A model generated the notes under the pieces. It saw only the letters and a list, made by a program, of their open reading frames with translations, made no database searches and was not told where the DNA came from. A program made the position numbers and the translations under genes. Below, one piece after another: positions 47,780 through 59,121 of a stretch of 64,000 bases of DNA. The number at the start of each line of letters is the position of its first letter. Within the stretch, counting starts at the first letter, position 1. This stretch comes from Terriglobia bacterium. GTDB lineage: Bacteria; Acidobacteriota; Polarisedimenticolia; Polarisedimenticolales; JAIQFR01. The stretch spans positions 844,630-908,629 of the forward strand of contig CAVVHE010000008.1 in assembly GCA_963748015.1 (NCBI GenBank), written 5' to 3'.

Positions 47780-49613
47780 TCAGTCGGGGACGAACTCGCT
47801 CATCCATCGGGTGTCGGGCCGGGGCAGGTTCTGCTCCTTCCGGTCGATCACGAACGGGCCGAGCACGAGATAGTCCATGTGCGTGCGGGTGAAGCAGCGC
47901 TAGGCGTCCTCCGGGGTGCAGACGATCGGCTCGCCGCGCACGTTGAACGAGGTGTTGACCACGACGGCACAGCCGGTCTTCTCGGAGAATCGCTCGATGA
48001 GGCGGTGGTAGCGCGGGTTGTCGTCGCGCGAGACCGTCTGGATCCGCGCCGAGCAGTCGACGTGGGTGACCGCGGGGATGATCGAGCGGATCACCTTGAG
48101 CTTGTCGAGGCCGGCCGCGCCCCGTCGCGATGGCCGGCAGGCGCTGCCGCGGGTGCACGGGGGCCGACGAGGAGCATGTACGGGCTCTCCGCTCGGGCAG
48201 CTCGAAGTACTCCGCCGCGCGCTCCACCAGCACCGACGGAGCGAACGGCCGGAACGACTCGCGGAACTTGATCTTCAGGTTCATCTGGGTCTGCATCTCG
48301 CGGCTGCGAGCGTCGCCGATGATCGAGCGCGGCGCCGAGCGCGCGCGGCCCGAACTCCATCCGCCCCTGGAACCAGCCGACGACGTGCGTCTTCCATCAA
48401 TCAGCTCCGCGACCCGGTCCGCCAGGGCGTCGAGATCGCCGTAGCGGTGGGCGACGATGCCCGGTCGGCTTGATGAACCGGCGATCTCCTCGTCGCCGAA
48501 CGCGGGACCGAGGAGCGTGCCGCGCTGCAGCGTCGCGCCCACCGGGGTCCACGGCTGCGCGGCGCCGTCCAGGAGCTGGTGATGCACGAAGAGCGCCGCG
48601 CCGAGCGCGCCGCCCGCGTCGCCCGCGGCGGGCTGGATCCAGATGCGCTCGAACGGCCCGTCGCGGAGGATCTTCCCGTTCCCGACGCAGTTGAGCGCGA
48701 CGCCTCCCGCGAGGACGAGGTCGCGGCAACCCGTCTGCTCGTGGGCGAAGCGGGCCATGTTCAGCATGACCCTCTCGGTGACGGCCTGGATCGAGGCCGC
48801 GAGGTCCATCTCCCGCTGGGTCAGCGCCGTCTCGGGGCGCCGCGGCGGCCCGCCGAACAGCCGCTCGAAGCGCCGGCTCGTCATCCTGAGGCCCACGCAG
48901 TAGTCGAAGTAACGCAGGTTGAGCTTGAACGACCCGTCGTCCCTGAGGTCGATCAGCTCGTCGATGATGACGTCGGCGTACTTGGGCTCGCCGTAGGGCG
49001 CCAGCCCCATCAGCTTGTACTCGCCGCTGTTCACCTTGAAGCCGGTGAAGTAGGTGAACGCGGAATACAGGAGGCCGAGGGAGTGCGGGAAGTGGATCTC
49101 CTTCAGGATGCGGATGCGGTTTCCCTCGCCGAGCCCGAGGCTCGCCGTGGCCCACTCGCCGACGCCGTCGAGTCGTCAGGATCGCCGCCTGCTCGAAGGG
49201 GGAAGGGAAGAACGCGCTGGCCGCGTGGGACTCGTGGTGCTCCGTGAAGAGAATCGGCCCGTCGTAGTCGAGCTCCTCGCGGATGCTCCTCCCGCATCCA
49301 GAGCTTCTTCCTGAGCCAGAGGGGCATCGCCTTGAGGAAGGACGCGATGCCGCTCGGTGCGTACCGGACGTAGGTCTCGAGCGATGCGCTCGAACTTGAG
49401 GAGCGGCTTGTCGTAGAAGACGACGTAGTCGAGCTCGCCGGCGCTCTTCAAGCCTCCTTCGCGCAGGCAGTACGCGACGGCGTTTCGCGGGAAATCGAAG
49501 TCGTGCTTCTTGCGGGTGAAGCGCTCCTCCTGGGCGGCCGCCACGATGGCGCCGTCCACCACGAGACAGGCGGCGCTGTCGTGATAGAAGGCGGATATCC
49601 CCAGGATGCGCAT
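47780..49613 (-). pseudogene. NodU/CmcH-family carbamoyltransferase with multiple frameshifts and one TAG (probably sequencing errors)
   Basis: GISAFYHDSAA, QEERF.R.KH, HH.SHAAS, DGVGE, EYKLMGLAPYG, GGVALN, EFGPRALG, FRPFAP and NTSFNVRGEP are spread over several frames. Confidence 0.85.
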
Positions 49614-49624
49614 CGGTTGCACCG

Positions 49625-51452
49625 TCACCAGCCGCAGACCTTGCCCTTGTTCTGCTCGTCGAGCCACTTCTTGAGGGGCGCGAAGTAGTCGAGGATCGCG
49701 GTCGCGTCCATCCTGCGTCTCGCCGGTCAGCGCCGCGAGGGCCTCGGGCCACGGCTTGGACTGTCCCATCTCGAGCATCCGGTTGAACTTGGCGCCGACT
49801 TCCTTGTTGCCGTAGATCGAGCAGCGGTGGAGCGGCCCCGAGATCCCGGCGTCGCGGCAGAGCGCCCGGTCGAACTGGAACTGCATGATGCCCGCCAGGA
49901 AGTACCGGGTGTACGGCGTGTTCGCCGGGACGTGGTACTTGGCTCCCGGATCGAAGTCGGCCTCGGTGCGGGGGAGCGGGGGAGCGACGCCCTGGTACCT
50001 CCGCCGCAGCTCCCACCACGTCTTGTTGTAGTCCGCGGGCCTGATCTCGCCCGAGAAGACCTTCCATCGCCACTGGTCCACGATCAGCCCGAACGGCAGG
50101 AACGCGACCTTGTCGAGGGCCATGCGCATGAGCAATCCGACGTCGGCCCCCTGCGCGGGCGCCCGGTCGAGGAGCCCGACCTTCACGAGGTACTCGGGCG
50201 TGATCGAGAGCGCGATGGCGTCGCCGATCGCCTCGTGGAACCCGTCGTGGGCGCCGCTCGCGAAGAGGGGAGGCTGGCGGTTGTAGGCGCGCTGGTAGAA
50301 GTTGTGCCCCAGCTCGTGATGGACCGTGGTGAAATCCACGCCGGTGATCTGGATGCACATCTTGAGGCGCAGGTCGTCCTTCCAGTCGATGTCCCACGCG
50401 CTGGCGTGGCAGACGACGTCGCGGTCGCGCGGCTTCGTGAACAGCGAGCGGTCCCAGAAGGACATCGGGAGGGGCGCGAAGCCGAGCGACGTGAAGAACC
50501 GCTCGCCGTACCGGACCATCTCCTTCGCGTCGAGCTTCTTCGCCCGCAGCAGCGCGGTCACGTCGACGCCGGACTCGTCCTTCGCGGGCTTCAGAAAGTC
50601 GTAGAGGTTCCCCCACTCCTGGGCCCACATGTTCCCGAAGAGGTGGGCGGGGACCGGCTTGCCGTCGGGGACGAGGCCCTTGCCGTAGCGCTCCTGCAGC
50701 TTCGAGCGCACGTAGCAGTGGAGCGACTCGTAGAGCGGCCGCACCTGCTCCCAGAGGCGGTCCACCTCCTTCGCGAACTCGTCGGGGGGCATGTCGTACC
50801 CGGAGCGCCACAGGGCTCCGAGGTCCGCGAAGCCGAGCTCCCGCGCCCCCTCGTTCGCGAGGGTCGCGAATCGCTCGTACTTCGGTCGGAGGGGCCGGCC
50901 GATGGCGTGCCAGCCGGTCCACAGATCGAGCAACTCCTTGGGATCCTGGCTCGACGCCAGGCGATCCTCGATCGCGGCCAGGTCCATGCACTCCTTGCCC
51001 GGCGGGCAGTACTGCCCCTTCCCGTACGCCCCCTCCATCGACGCCGCGATTTGCGACAGCTCCGCCTGCTTGGCGGAATCGCTCGGCGCCACGAGTGCCA
51101 GGGAGACCTTGAGGAGCTTGATCTTCCGCGCGACGTCGGAGGGGAGGTCGAGCCCGTCGAAGCGGGTGGCCAGGGAGGCGAGGCGCATGGTCGCCGCGAT
51201 CACCGCCTGGCGGGCGTCCGCCGCGATCCGCTCGGTGTCGTCCGTGATGAAGTTGGCCTGCACCCAGGCGCTGCGCTCGGCCGCGATCCACAGGCCGAGC
51301 AGCTCGGACTCGGCCCCCTCGATGAACTTCCGGGCCTCGTCCGCGGTCGCGGTCGAGGCCGCGCTCGGAGTCGGTTCCGCGAAGGCGGGGAGCGTCAGGG
51401 CCACGAGAAGAGCGGCGAGCGCGAGAAGCTGCCGGCTGGAGCGACGAATCAT
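49625..51452 (-). CDS. M2-family peptidyl-dipeptidase (ACE-like), one frameshift near 49715
   Basis: HLFGNMWAQ, CHASAW, HHELGH, GFHEAIGD and DPGAKYH. The C-terminus MDATAILDYFAPLKKWL is in a shifted frame. Confidence 0.92.
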
Positions 51453-51543
51453 GTCGGTCTCTCCGTGGAGCGGGACGCCGCTCCCCAGGGGATTCGAGGA
51501 TCCAGCAGTATAAACGCTCCCGGGCGGGCCCGGTGCGCGTCGG

Positions 51544-52563
51544 TCAGACGACGTTCGCGACGATGATCACCTTTCCCAGGAGCTCGTCCTCGATCAGGTG
51601 ACGGAAAGCTTCGCGGGCCTCGCTCAGGGGGTAGGTACTGTCGATGATCGGTGTGATCTTCCCGGCTTCGAGAAGCTCCCCGAGGACGGCCATCGCGTCT
51701 TGCTTGGTGGGCATCGGAACGCCCATGCCTCGCAATTGCTTTACGAAGCGCGAGAGGAAGATCAGCCACAGGAAGTAAGGGATGAGGCCGAACACTCGCT
51801 TGCCCGACGCCCCGAAACGCTCGTGCCCGATGAGCACGTACCTCCCGTCGGGCTCGAGCGCGCGCCTGCACGCGGAGAACGAACGATTCCCCGGGACATC
51901 GAAGACGAGGTCGTAGCGAACGCCACGCCGGGTGAAGTCCTCCCGGCGGTAATCGACGACCTCGTCCGCCCCCAACGACCGGAGCATGCCCAGCTTGCTC
52001 GCGCTATCCACTGCGGTCACGCGCGCCCCGTGGGCTTTGGCGATCTGTAAGGCGAGGGAGCCGACTCCGCCCCCGGCGCCGTTGACCAACACCTTGCGTC
52101 CCGGCCGCCACCGCCCTAGGTCCCGCAGGTTCTGCAGGGCGATGAGCCCGGAGGTGGGGACGGAGGCGGCCTGTTCGAACGTGACGTTGTCGGGCTTCAA
52201 CGCCAGCAAGTCCTCTCGAACGGACACGAACTCCGCCAGGGCGCCGCCGTTCGTCCACTGCTGGGCGACGATGGTCTCGCCGAACACCGGGTCGCCCGGC
52301 CGGAACCGTGTCACGCCCTCGCCGACGGTCTCGACGATCCCCGCCATGTCCGTGCCGGGGATGGGGTTCTTGGGTTTGGAGAACCCGGCCCCCATGAGTC
52401 GAAGGACATAGGGGCGCCCACGCACGACGTGCCAGACGTCCGGATGGATCGAGGCCGCGCGTACGCGCACCAGGACCTCCCCGGCGCCGGCCGTCGGCTT
52501 GTCGACTTCCCGGACCACCAGCTCATCCGGAGATCCGTACTTCTCTTGGACGATCGCCTTCAT
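51544..52563 (-). CDS. MDR-family NAD(P)-dependent oxidoreductase (quinone oxidoreductase-like)
   Basis: MKAIV...YG, PGTDMAG, NGAGGGVG, LGADEVVDY and GKVII. Confidence 0.9.
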   Translation of the reverse strand: MKAIVQEKYGSPDELVVREVDKPTAGAGEVLVRVRAASIHPDVWHVVRGRPYVLRLMGAGFSKPKNPIPGTDMAGIVETVGEGVTRFRPGDPVFGETIVAQQWTNGGALAEFVSVREDLLALKPDNVTFEQAASVPTSGLIALQNLRDLGRWRPGRKVLVNGAGGGVGSLALQIAKAHGARVTAVDSASKLGMLRSLGADEVVDYRREDFTRRGVRYDLVFDVPGNRSFSACRRALEPDGRYVLIGHERFGASGKRVFGLIPYFLWLIFLSRFVKQLRGMGVPMPTKQDAMAVLGELLEAGKITPIIDSTYPLSEAREAFRHLIEDELLGKVIIVANVV

Positions 52564-52853
52564 TGCGCCTCTAGGTCCGCTGCCGCGTCATGTCGGACGG
52601 CGTCGCTGCCTCCAGGGACTGGCGGATCCCCGGCCTCCTGCGCCTCGAGATCGTCTTTCACTCGCTCTTCGAGCACGTGCCGCGCGGAGGGCTCGACGAT
52701 CGCCTGGACCTCGAGAAACGCGTTCCCGAGCGCTCCGCTGCTTCCATGCTTGCTCCGGTAGTAGATCCAGCCGCGTCGTTCCGCCCACACGGCGATCCTG
52801 TGAAGGCACAAAAGACCTCCCAGCACGCCGAGCGCGATCAAAGCGTATCTCAT
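52560..52853 (-). CDS. Small hypothetical membrane protein
   Basis: N-terminal TM helix, WAERRGWIYY, and ATGA overlap with the MDR gene. Confidence 0.65.
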   Translation of the reverse strand: MRYALIALGVLGGLLCLHRIAVWAERRGWIYYRSKHGSSGALGNAFLEVQAIVEPSARHVLEERVKDDLEAQEAGDPPVPGGSDAVRHDAAADLEAQ

Positions 52854-52916
52854 GCGCCGCGTCGCATCGGTAGACCTCGTGCCACGCCGCATTGCCGCGT
52901 CGGCGGCACGTCGTCG

Positions 52917-53426
52917 CTAGGCATGAAACCGCAGCACGTAGCTCACTACGAGCGCGCATACGTACAGCCCGACTCCGAATACGGCATGTGTCGCAAGGCT
53001 CTTCAGCCTGGCCTGCGCCGGTTTGGCTGTTCTGGAAGCCGCAATGCCGAAGCCCAACGACGGCTGCAGGACGAAGAACGGGAACACCACGGTGCCAATT
53101 CCGTAGAGCAGCGCAGGCAGCACGGTTGGTCGCACGAGCCAGTCACCCGATGCAAGAACGACGAACACGAGCGCGAACACGACGCCGATAGTGTAGTGGG
53201 CAATCCAGCCAACCGTGCATTCGAACGGCCTCTGCGGCGCAGCGCCGATACTCGCGTGCCTGAAAGTTCCCCCCGGCATGTGGCGAAGCCAGCGTCCGAG
53301 CAAACAGTAGTTGAGCGACGGAATGCCGAACGCACGCTTCAGGAACAAGTTCCACAGGTCCATGAGCAGGGTTGCGCCAATACCGATGGCAATTGCACCA
53401 AGAATGTAGTGTGCTTCGATGGCCAT
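52917..53426 (-). CDS. DUF2938 membrane protein
   Basis: GIGATLLMDLW, LGRW, GW..HY..G, QP..G.G.AAS and H.VFG.GLY. Confidence 0.88.
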   Translation of the reverse strand: MAIEAHYILGAIAIGIGATLLMDLWNLFLKRAFGIPSLNYCLLGRWLRHMPGGTFRHASIGAAPQRPFECTVGWIAHYTIGVVFALVFVVLASGDWLVRPTVLPALLYGIGTVVFPFFVLQPSLGFGIAASRTAKPAQARLKSLATHAVFGVGLYVCALVVSYVLRFHA

Positions 53427-53712
53427 GATCTACCTCGACACGGATGTTGCTGCCTCATCAGTGGTCGGCGGAACTGTGTTGAGGGTAACCGACTTCACCA
53501 TTCGCGGTAAGACCTAAACTTCTCACCCCGGCGGCGACCCTGTCGTTCCACGGAGGGGGGCAGGTGCGATCCCGCCGCCAGCCTCTGCGCTCCGTGCGGC
53601 TCTTCTACGCCCGTTAGGATGCGATTTCAAGTGCGGGGGCAGTGGTCGTGCGAGGGTCGGGCAGCATGTGGCGAGCGGGAGCGTCTGGCGCGAGGGAAGA
53701 TCTATCGCGCGT

Positions 53713-55842
53713 TCACGGTCGCGCCGGGGCGCCTTGCTGGAGCTGCCGGAGCATGTTCTCGGCCTTGCGCCGGGCGTCGCCGTGGAGGGTCGGAATGAGC
53801 TGCTCGAGAGCCGCCTCGGCGCGCGGCCGGTCGCCGAGCTGCGCCGATGCGTTCGCGAGGTTCATCAGGGCAATGGACAGCCTCGGGTTCAGCTTGACCG
53901 CGCGGTCCCAGGCGTCGACGGCGCCTCGCAGGTTGCCTTCCTGCGCCAGGATCACGCCCATCGTGTTCCAGCCGTCGGGGATGTAGGAATTCTCTCCAAG
54001 CGCGCGCTCGAGCAGCTGCTTCGCCTCGTCCCGGCGCCCGCCGTTGAGGAGCAATACCGACAGGTCCACCAGGGCGGCCGGGTAGGTGGGATCCAGCTTC
54101 AACGCTCGCTCGAACCGCGCGCGAGCTTCGTCGAGCCGGCCCTGCGTCGCGGCGATGGTGCCCAGCGTCTCCTGCGTCTCGGGGTTCGGGGAGTCGAGCG
54201 CGTCGGACAGCATGGCCCACGCCTCGTCCGGTTTCCCCGCCTGGCTCAGGCCGCGGGCGAGCTGGATCTTCATCTTCTCGCCGCCGATCCCCTTGGAGAC
54301 CGCCTTTCGGAGCACCGCGAGCGCCTCGTCGGTGTGCCCCGTCTCGGCCTGGATCAAGGAGAGCTGCATGTAGACGTTCGCCATGCCGGGGGCGCGGGCG
54401 AGAATCGCCTCGAGGCCGCGGATCGCCCCCTCCGCGTCGCCTCCGTTCCGGTAGCGGAGGACCGCCGCGTTGACTTCGTCGTCGAGGCCGATCAGGCTCT
54501 TGGGGTCGGTCGAGGCGTCGAAGCGGGACGGCGCCGGCGAAGGGGACGACGCGACGTACCCGAGCGCGCGGAGTTTCTCCACCACGTCGCGCTCCGGATT
54601 GTCGCGGGCGGGCTCGCGCCGCGCCGCGGCCGGGATCCCGGAAGCGATCTTGCGATACTCCCTGCCGCTCGCGGGGAGCAGGTTCTGCTTCTCTCCGGGA
54701 TCGGCCGCCAGGTCGTAAAGCTCGGGCAGGGGGAGATCGATCGCCTTCCGGCTTCCCTCGATCCGGCCGTAGAGGGGGGCCCAGCCTCGGTTGAGCCAGG
54801 CGCTCAACGCCTCGAAGTACGACGGCGCGTCGTCCACCGCGGGGGAGAGCAGCGATCGCCCTGCCAGCGTCGCCGGAGCCGGGAGGCGGAGGATCTCGAG
54901 CAGGGTGGGCACGATGTCCACGTGCCGCGCGGGGCGCGGGTCCGAGCCCGGCGCGATCCGCCCCGGCGACCAGAGCACGAGCGGGATCCGCAGCGTCTCC
55001 TCGTAGGCGAAGACGCCGTGGCTCTGCTCGCCGTGATCCCCCAGCCCCTCGCCGTGGTCCGACGTGAACACGACCACCGGCGAGCGGTCGCGCTCCTTCT
55101 CCAGCGCCTCGACGAGCGGCTTCAACTGCTGGTCCGCGAGCGCCGCCTCGCCGTAGTAGGGCGCGGCGCGGTAGCGGCTCGCGAACGGCTCCGGCGGCTC
55201 GTACGGGAAGTGCGGGGCGAACAGGTGGACCCAGAGGAACCGAGGGCTCGAGCGCTGCGCCTCCCACCACGCCATGGCCAGCTCGACGGTCTTCTCGCCC
55301 GGACGCTCGGCCAGCTTCGACGGGTTCGGCGAGAACCCCTCGCACCGGTCGTCGTACGCGTCGAATCCCCGAGTGAGGCCGAACCGGCCGTCGAGCGTGA
55401 ACGCGGAGACGAACGCCCCGGTCGCGTACCCCGCCCGCTTCAACGCGGTGGCGAGCGTCTCGACGTCGGGGTGCAGCACGAATCCCGCGTTGTCTCGGAT
55501 GCCGTGCTGGTACGGGTACACGCCGGTCAGGATGCTCGCGTGCGACGAGAGGGTCATCACCGCGTGCGCGTGCGCGAAGGGGAAAGCGCGTCCCTCGGTC
55601 GCGAGCCGGTCGAACGCCGGGGTCTCGACCTTGCCGCTTCCCGAGAACCCGGTGGCGTCGTAGCGCAGGGTGTCGATCGTGACCAGCACGATGTCGGGCT
55701 TGGCGGCCGCGTCCGCCCGCGATCTCGACCCGGTCGCCGAGGGCGTTCCGGGACCGCCGCACGCAAGAAGAGAAGCCGCCGCGAGCGCCGTCGCGGCGAG
55801 GGTCATTCCGGTGCGCGGAATCCCGCGGAGCATACGGGCCAT
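53713..55842 (-). CDS. Sulfatase-like lipoprotein with C-terminal TPR repeats
   Basis: LLAC lipobox, [41 protein letters not shown] and ELYDL..DP.E, then TPRs. Start uncertain. Confidence 0.88.
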   Translation of the reverse strand: MARMLRGIPRTGMTLAATALAAASLLACGGPGTPSATGSRSRADAAAKPDIVLVTIDTLRYDATGFSGSGKVETPAFDRLATEGRAFPFAHAHAVMTLSSHASILTGVYPYQHGIRDNAGFVLHPDVETLATALKRAGYATGAFVSAFTLDGRFGLTRGFDAYDDRCEGFSPNPSKLAERPGEKTVELAMAWWEAQRSSPRFLWVHLFAPHFPYEPPEPFASRYRAAPYYGEAALADQQLKPLVEALEKERDRSPVVVFTSDHGEGLGDHGEQSHGVFAYEETLRIPLVLWSPGRIAPGSDPRPARHVDIVPTLLEILRLPAPATLAGRSLLSPAVDDAPSYFEALSAWLNRGWAPLYGRIEGSRKAIDLPLPELYDLAADPGEKQNLLPASGREYRKIASGIPAAARREPARDNPERDVVEKLRALGYVASSPSPAPSRFDASTDPKSLIGLDDEVNAAVLRYRNGGDAEGAIRGLEAILARAPGMANVYMQLSLIQAETGHTDEALAVLRKAVSKGIGGEKMKIQLARGLSQAGKPDEAWAMLSDALDSPNPETQETLGTIAATQGRLDEARARFERALKLDPTYPAALVDLSVLLLNGGRRDEAKQLLERALGENSYIPDGWNTMGVILAQEGNLRGAVDAWDRAVKLNPRLSIALMNLANASAQLGDRPRAEAALEQLIPTLHGDARRKAENMLRQLQQGAPARP

Positions 55843-55914
55843 CATAGCATCCCGTGTTACGATGCGGCCCTTTCGGACGTCCGGCGCGGCGCGCCGGGGC
55901 CGCGGGAGGATGTC

Positions 55915-57015
55915 GTGTCCGACAGCAAGAGCGGGTGGCTCTCCGGAAGCCGGATCAATCCCGACCCGATCCGCAAGGGCGTCGCCGTGGCGGACCTCGT
56001 GGACGGGGCCTTCCTCGCCTACAACGCCGGGCGCCTCCAGAAGGCCGCGCGCCTGTTCGTCGAGCGGATGCTCGACCCCGGCAGCTGGGTGGGCATGAGC
56101 CTCTCGGGAGCGCTCACCCCGGCCGGCATCGGCCGGTCCGTCCTGGTCCCCATGATCCGCGCGGGGTTCGTGGACTGGATCGTCTCGACCGGCGCGAATC
56201 TGTATCACGACGCCCACTTCGGCCTCGGCTTGGCGCTCCACCGCGGCGACCACCAGGTGGACGACCGCATCCTGCGCGAGGAAGGTGTCGTCCGCATCTA
56301 CGACGTCGTGTTCGACTACAAGGTCCTGCTGAAGACGGACGCCTACCTGCGGGAAGTGATGCTCGCGCCGGAGTTCCAGCGCGACATGTCGTCCGCCGAG
56401 CTGCACGCCCTTCTCGGCAAGTACCTCGCCGCGCGCGAGGACGAGCTGGGAGTGCAGGACACCTGCGTGCTCTCCACCGCGTACCGGTGCGGCGTGCCGT
56501 GCTACACGTCGTCCCCCGGCGACTCGTCCATCGGCATGAACGTCGCCGAGCTGTGGCTCAGGAGCCGCGGCCCGCGCATCGACGTGTCGCGCGACGTGAA
56601 CGAGACCGCGGCGATCGTGTACGGGGCGAAGAAGAGCGGCGGGACGTCGAGCGTCCTGCTCCTCGGGGGAGGCTCGCCGAAGAACTTCGTGCTCCAGACC
56701 GAGCCGCAGATCCAGGAAGTGCTCGGCCTGCCCGAGGAGGGGCACGACCACTTCATCCAGATCACGGACGCCCGCCCGGACACCGGCGGCCTCTCCGGCG
56801 CGACGCCCAGCGAGGCGGTTTCGTGGGGCAAGCTCGATCCGGACAAGCTCCCGGACACCGTGGTGGTCTACGGCGACAGCACGATCATCGTGCCGCTCCT
56901 CGCCGCCTACGCCCTGACGCGCCACGAGCCGCGCCCGCTCCGCCGCCTTTACGACGAGCGCGAGCGGCTGCTCGACGCGCTGCGCCGGGACTTCGTCGGG
57001 AAGACGAAGGAGTAG
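55915..57015 (+). CDS. Deoxyhypusine-synthase-like protein (probable homospermidine synthase)
   Basis: [30 protein letters not shown] and [16 protein letters not shown]. Confidence 0.9.
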   Translation: MSDSKSGWLSGSRINPDPIRKGVAVADLVDGAFLAYNAGRLQKAARLFVERMLDPGSWVGMSLSGALTPAGIGRSVLVPMIRAGFVDWIVSTGANLYHDAHFGLGLALHRGDHQVDDRILREEGVVRIYDVVFDYKVLLKTDAYLREVMLAPEFQRDMSSAELHALLGKYLAAREDELGVQDTCVLSTAYRCGVPCYTSSPGDSSIGMNVAELWLRSRGPRIDVSRDVNETAAIVYGAKKSGGTSSVLLLGGGSPKNFVLQTEPQIQEVLGLPEEGHDHFIQITDARPDTGGLSGATPSEAVSWGKLDPDKLPDTVVVYGDSTIIVPLLAAYALTRHEPRPLRRLYDERERLLDALRRDFVGKTKE

Positions 57016-57056
57016 GGGCCGCGCGGAGCCGGGCCGTGGACGCTCGGAGGGGATAG

Positions 57057-58733
57057 ATGGCGGCCGCTCCGCGACGGATCCGGGAACTGGCGGCCAGGAC
57101 GGGATGGCCGCTGGCCCTCTTCGGCATCTCGGCGCTCCTGCGCGGGATCCACCTAGCGACCGTCACCGGCTCGAAGTACTTCACGCACCTCGGACTCGAC
57201 CCGCTCTTCTTCGACGAGTGGGCGCGGCGGATCGCCGGCGGCGAGTGGCTCGGCGGCGGGGTCTTCTACCAGGACCCGCTCTACCCCTACTTCCTGGGAA
57301 CGCTCTACTCGCTGTTCGGCCCGAGCCACGCGGCAGCGGTCGCCATGCAGCTCCTTCTGGGATCGCTCGTGGCCCCGATGGTCTTTCTGGCCGCGTCACG
57401 GTGGTTCGGCCGACGCGAGGCGGCAGTGGCCGGCCTCCTCGCCGCGACGTACCTGCCGTCCATCTACTACGAGGCGATCGTCCTCAAGACCTGGATGGAC
57501 GTGTTCCTCGCGGCGGCGGCGCTCCTGGCCCTCTCGCGCGCGGTCGGCTCCGGCCGACTTCGCGAGTGGGTCCTGGCGGGTTTCCTGTTCGGGATGTGCG
57601 TGCTGTCTCGCGGGAACCTCCTGCTCGTCGTCGCGGCGCTCGCGGTCTGGATCCTCGTGGACCGGTCGGCGCTCGGAGAGAGCTGGACGCGCCGCCGCGC
57701 GATGACGGCCGCGCTGGTCCTCGTCCTCGGCAGCGCCGCCGTACTGGGGACGACCGCCGCGCGGAACCGGTGGGTGACGGGCCGCTTCATCCTGACCACG
57801 GTGCAGGGGGGGCAGAACTTCTACATCGGGAACAACGCGGGCGCGCGCACCGGCCGCTACGAGCCCCCGCCGTTCCTCAGGACGAATCCGAAGTACGAGG
57901 AGCGCGATTTCACGGCGGAGGCCGAGAGACGCACGGGCCGCCGCCTCGACCCCGTCGAGACGTCCTCGTTCTGGTTCCGGGAAGGGGTCTCGTGGGTGAC
58001 CTCGCACCCCGGCGACTGGCTCGCGCTCACCTGGCGCAAGGTGATGGTCTACTGGAGCGCCTACGAGGTCCCCGACAACCTCGACTACTACGCGTACCGG
58101 GAGACTGCGCCGGTCCTGCGCTGGCCGCTGCCGGGCTTCGGCCTCGTCGTTCCCCTCGGGCTGCTCGGCGCGCTGCTGGCGCTACGGCGGCCCGGCTGGC
58201 CGCGAGGGGCACTCGTGTACGCGGGCGCCTACACCCTCTCCGTGATCCTGTTCTTCGTCATCGCCCGGTACCGGATGGCGATGATCCCGGCCCTGTTCCC
58301 CTTCGCGGGATTCGGCGCGGTCGAGCTGGCGCGCAGGACACGGGAAGCGGCTCGCGACCGGTCCCGCCGGCCCGCCGCGGCCACGGCGCTGCTCCTCGCC
58401 GCGGCGGCGTTCGCCTTCGTGAACCTGCCGGTCCGGGCCCCCGAAAACCACTGGGCCTACAGGGTCGCCTCCTCCCTTCGCATCCCCTCGGTGCTCGAAA
58501 GCTCCTCCGTGGCCCACTTCAACATCGGGGTCCTGCTCGCCAAGGCCGACGACCTCGCGGGGGCGGAGGAAGAGCTGCGGGAAGCCATGCGCCAGGATCC
58601 CCGGCACGTGGAGGTCCACGTCGAGCTCGGGAAGGTCCTGGCCCGGCAGGGGCGAGACCGGGAGGCGATCGCGGAGTACCGGCGCGGGCTCGAGATCTCG
58701 CCCGGCCGGGCGGACATCCACCAAGTCCTCGGT
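57057..58733 (+). pseudogene. GT-C (ArnT/PMT-like) glycosyltransferase with TPRs, 3' truncated
   Basis: D..FFDEWA, PLYPYFL, RGN, GGQNFYIGNN and RYR, then TPRs. After ADIHQVLG the frame runs into unrelated AT-rich sequence. Confidence 0.8.
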
Positions 58734-59121
58734 AATTTTCGGCTCATTTCGCGCTTGCTTTCCCGCTTTTTCCCACTTGTTTCCCACTTCTGTTTGGCCG
58801 GCACCGAAATAAAAAAGAAGGCGGCGGGAGGCGCACCGGTCACCTGCCAGGAGTGGACCACCGTAATCGGGTTAGAGGGCCCCTCCCCTATTTTACCTAG
58901 CCATTTTTCGGAAAAAATGTTTTTATCAAATAACATATTGATTACTTTACTTTTAATTAGATCTATGGGGCATTTTTGTGCTCATTTCGCGCATATTTTT
59001 CGGTAATTTCGCGCTTGATTTCGCGTTTGGTCGCGCCTGGTTCGCGCTGGGGGGTCCCCTGGTCTACAATTAATTTGGACACCAATTTTGGAGATAATAA
59101 GATAACTGAGGAGGTGTCCAA

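Noticed and set aside
47900..47902. TAG recoding (pyrrolysine or alternative genetic code)
   Set aside because: TAG ends many genes normally in this window. This one replaces a Tyr within an error-rich stretch.
47144..49613. Saxitoxin biosynthesis cluster
   Set aside because: Only sxtI/J/K-like genes are present, with no sxtA, sxtG or other core genes.
47358..51452. ACE-carbamoyltransferase and carbamoyltransferase-SxtJ fusion ORFs
   Set aside because: Produced by indels. Each gene has its own start and stop in other frames.
53668..57015. Overlapping 1115-aa and 1070-aa ORFs
   Set aside because: Mutual antisense extensions of the divergent sulfatase-like and DHS-like genes.
58734..59006. 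Novel C-terminal domain on the glycosyltransferase
   Set aside because: Read-through into unrelated AT-rich DNA after the junction.
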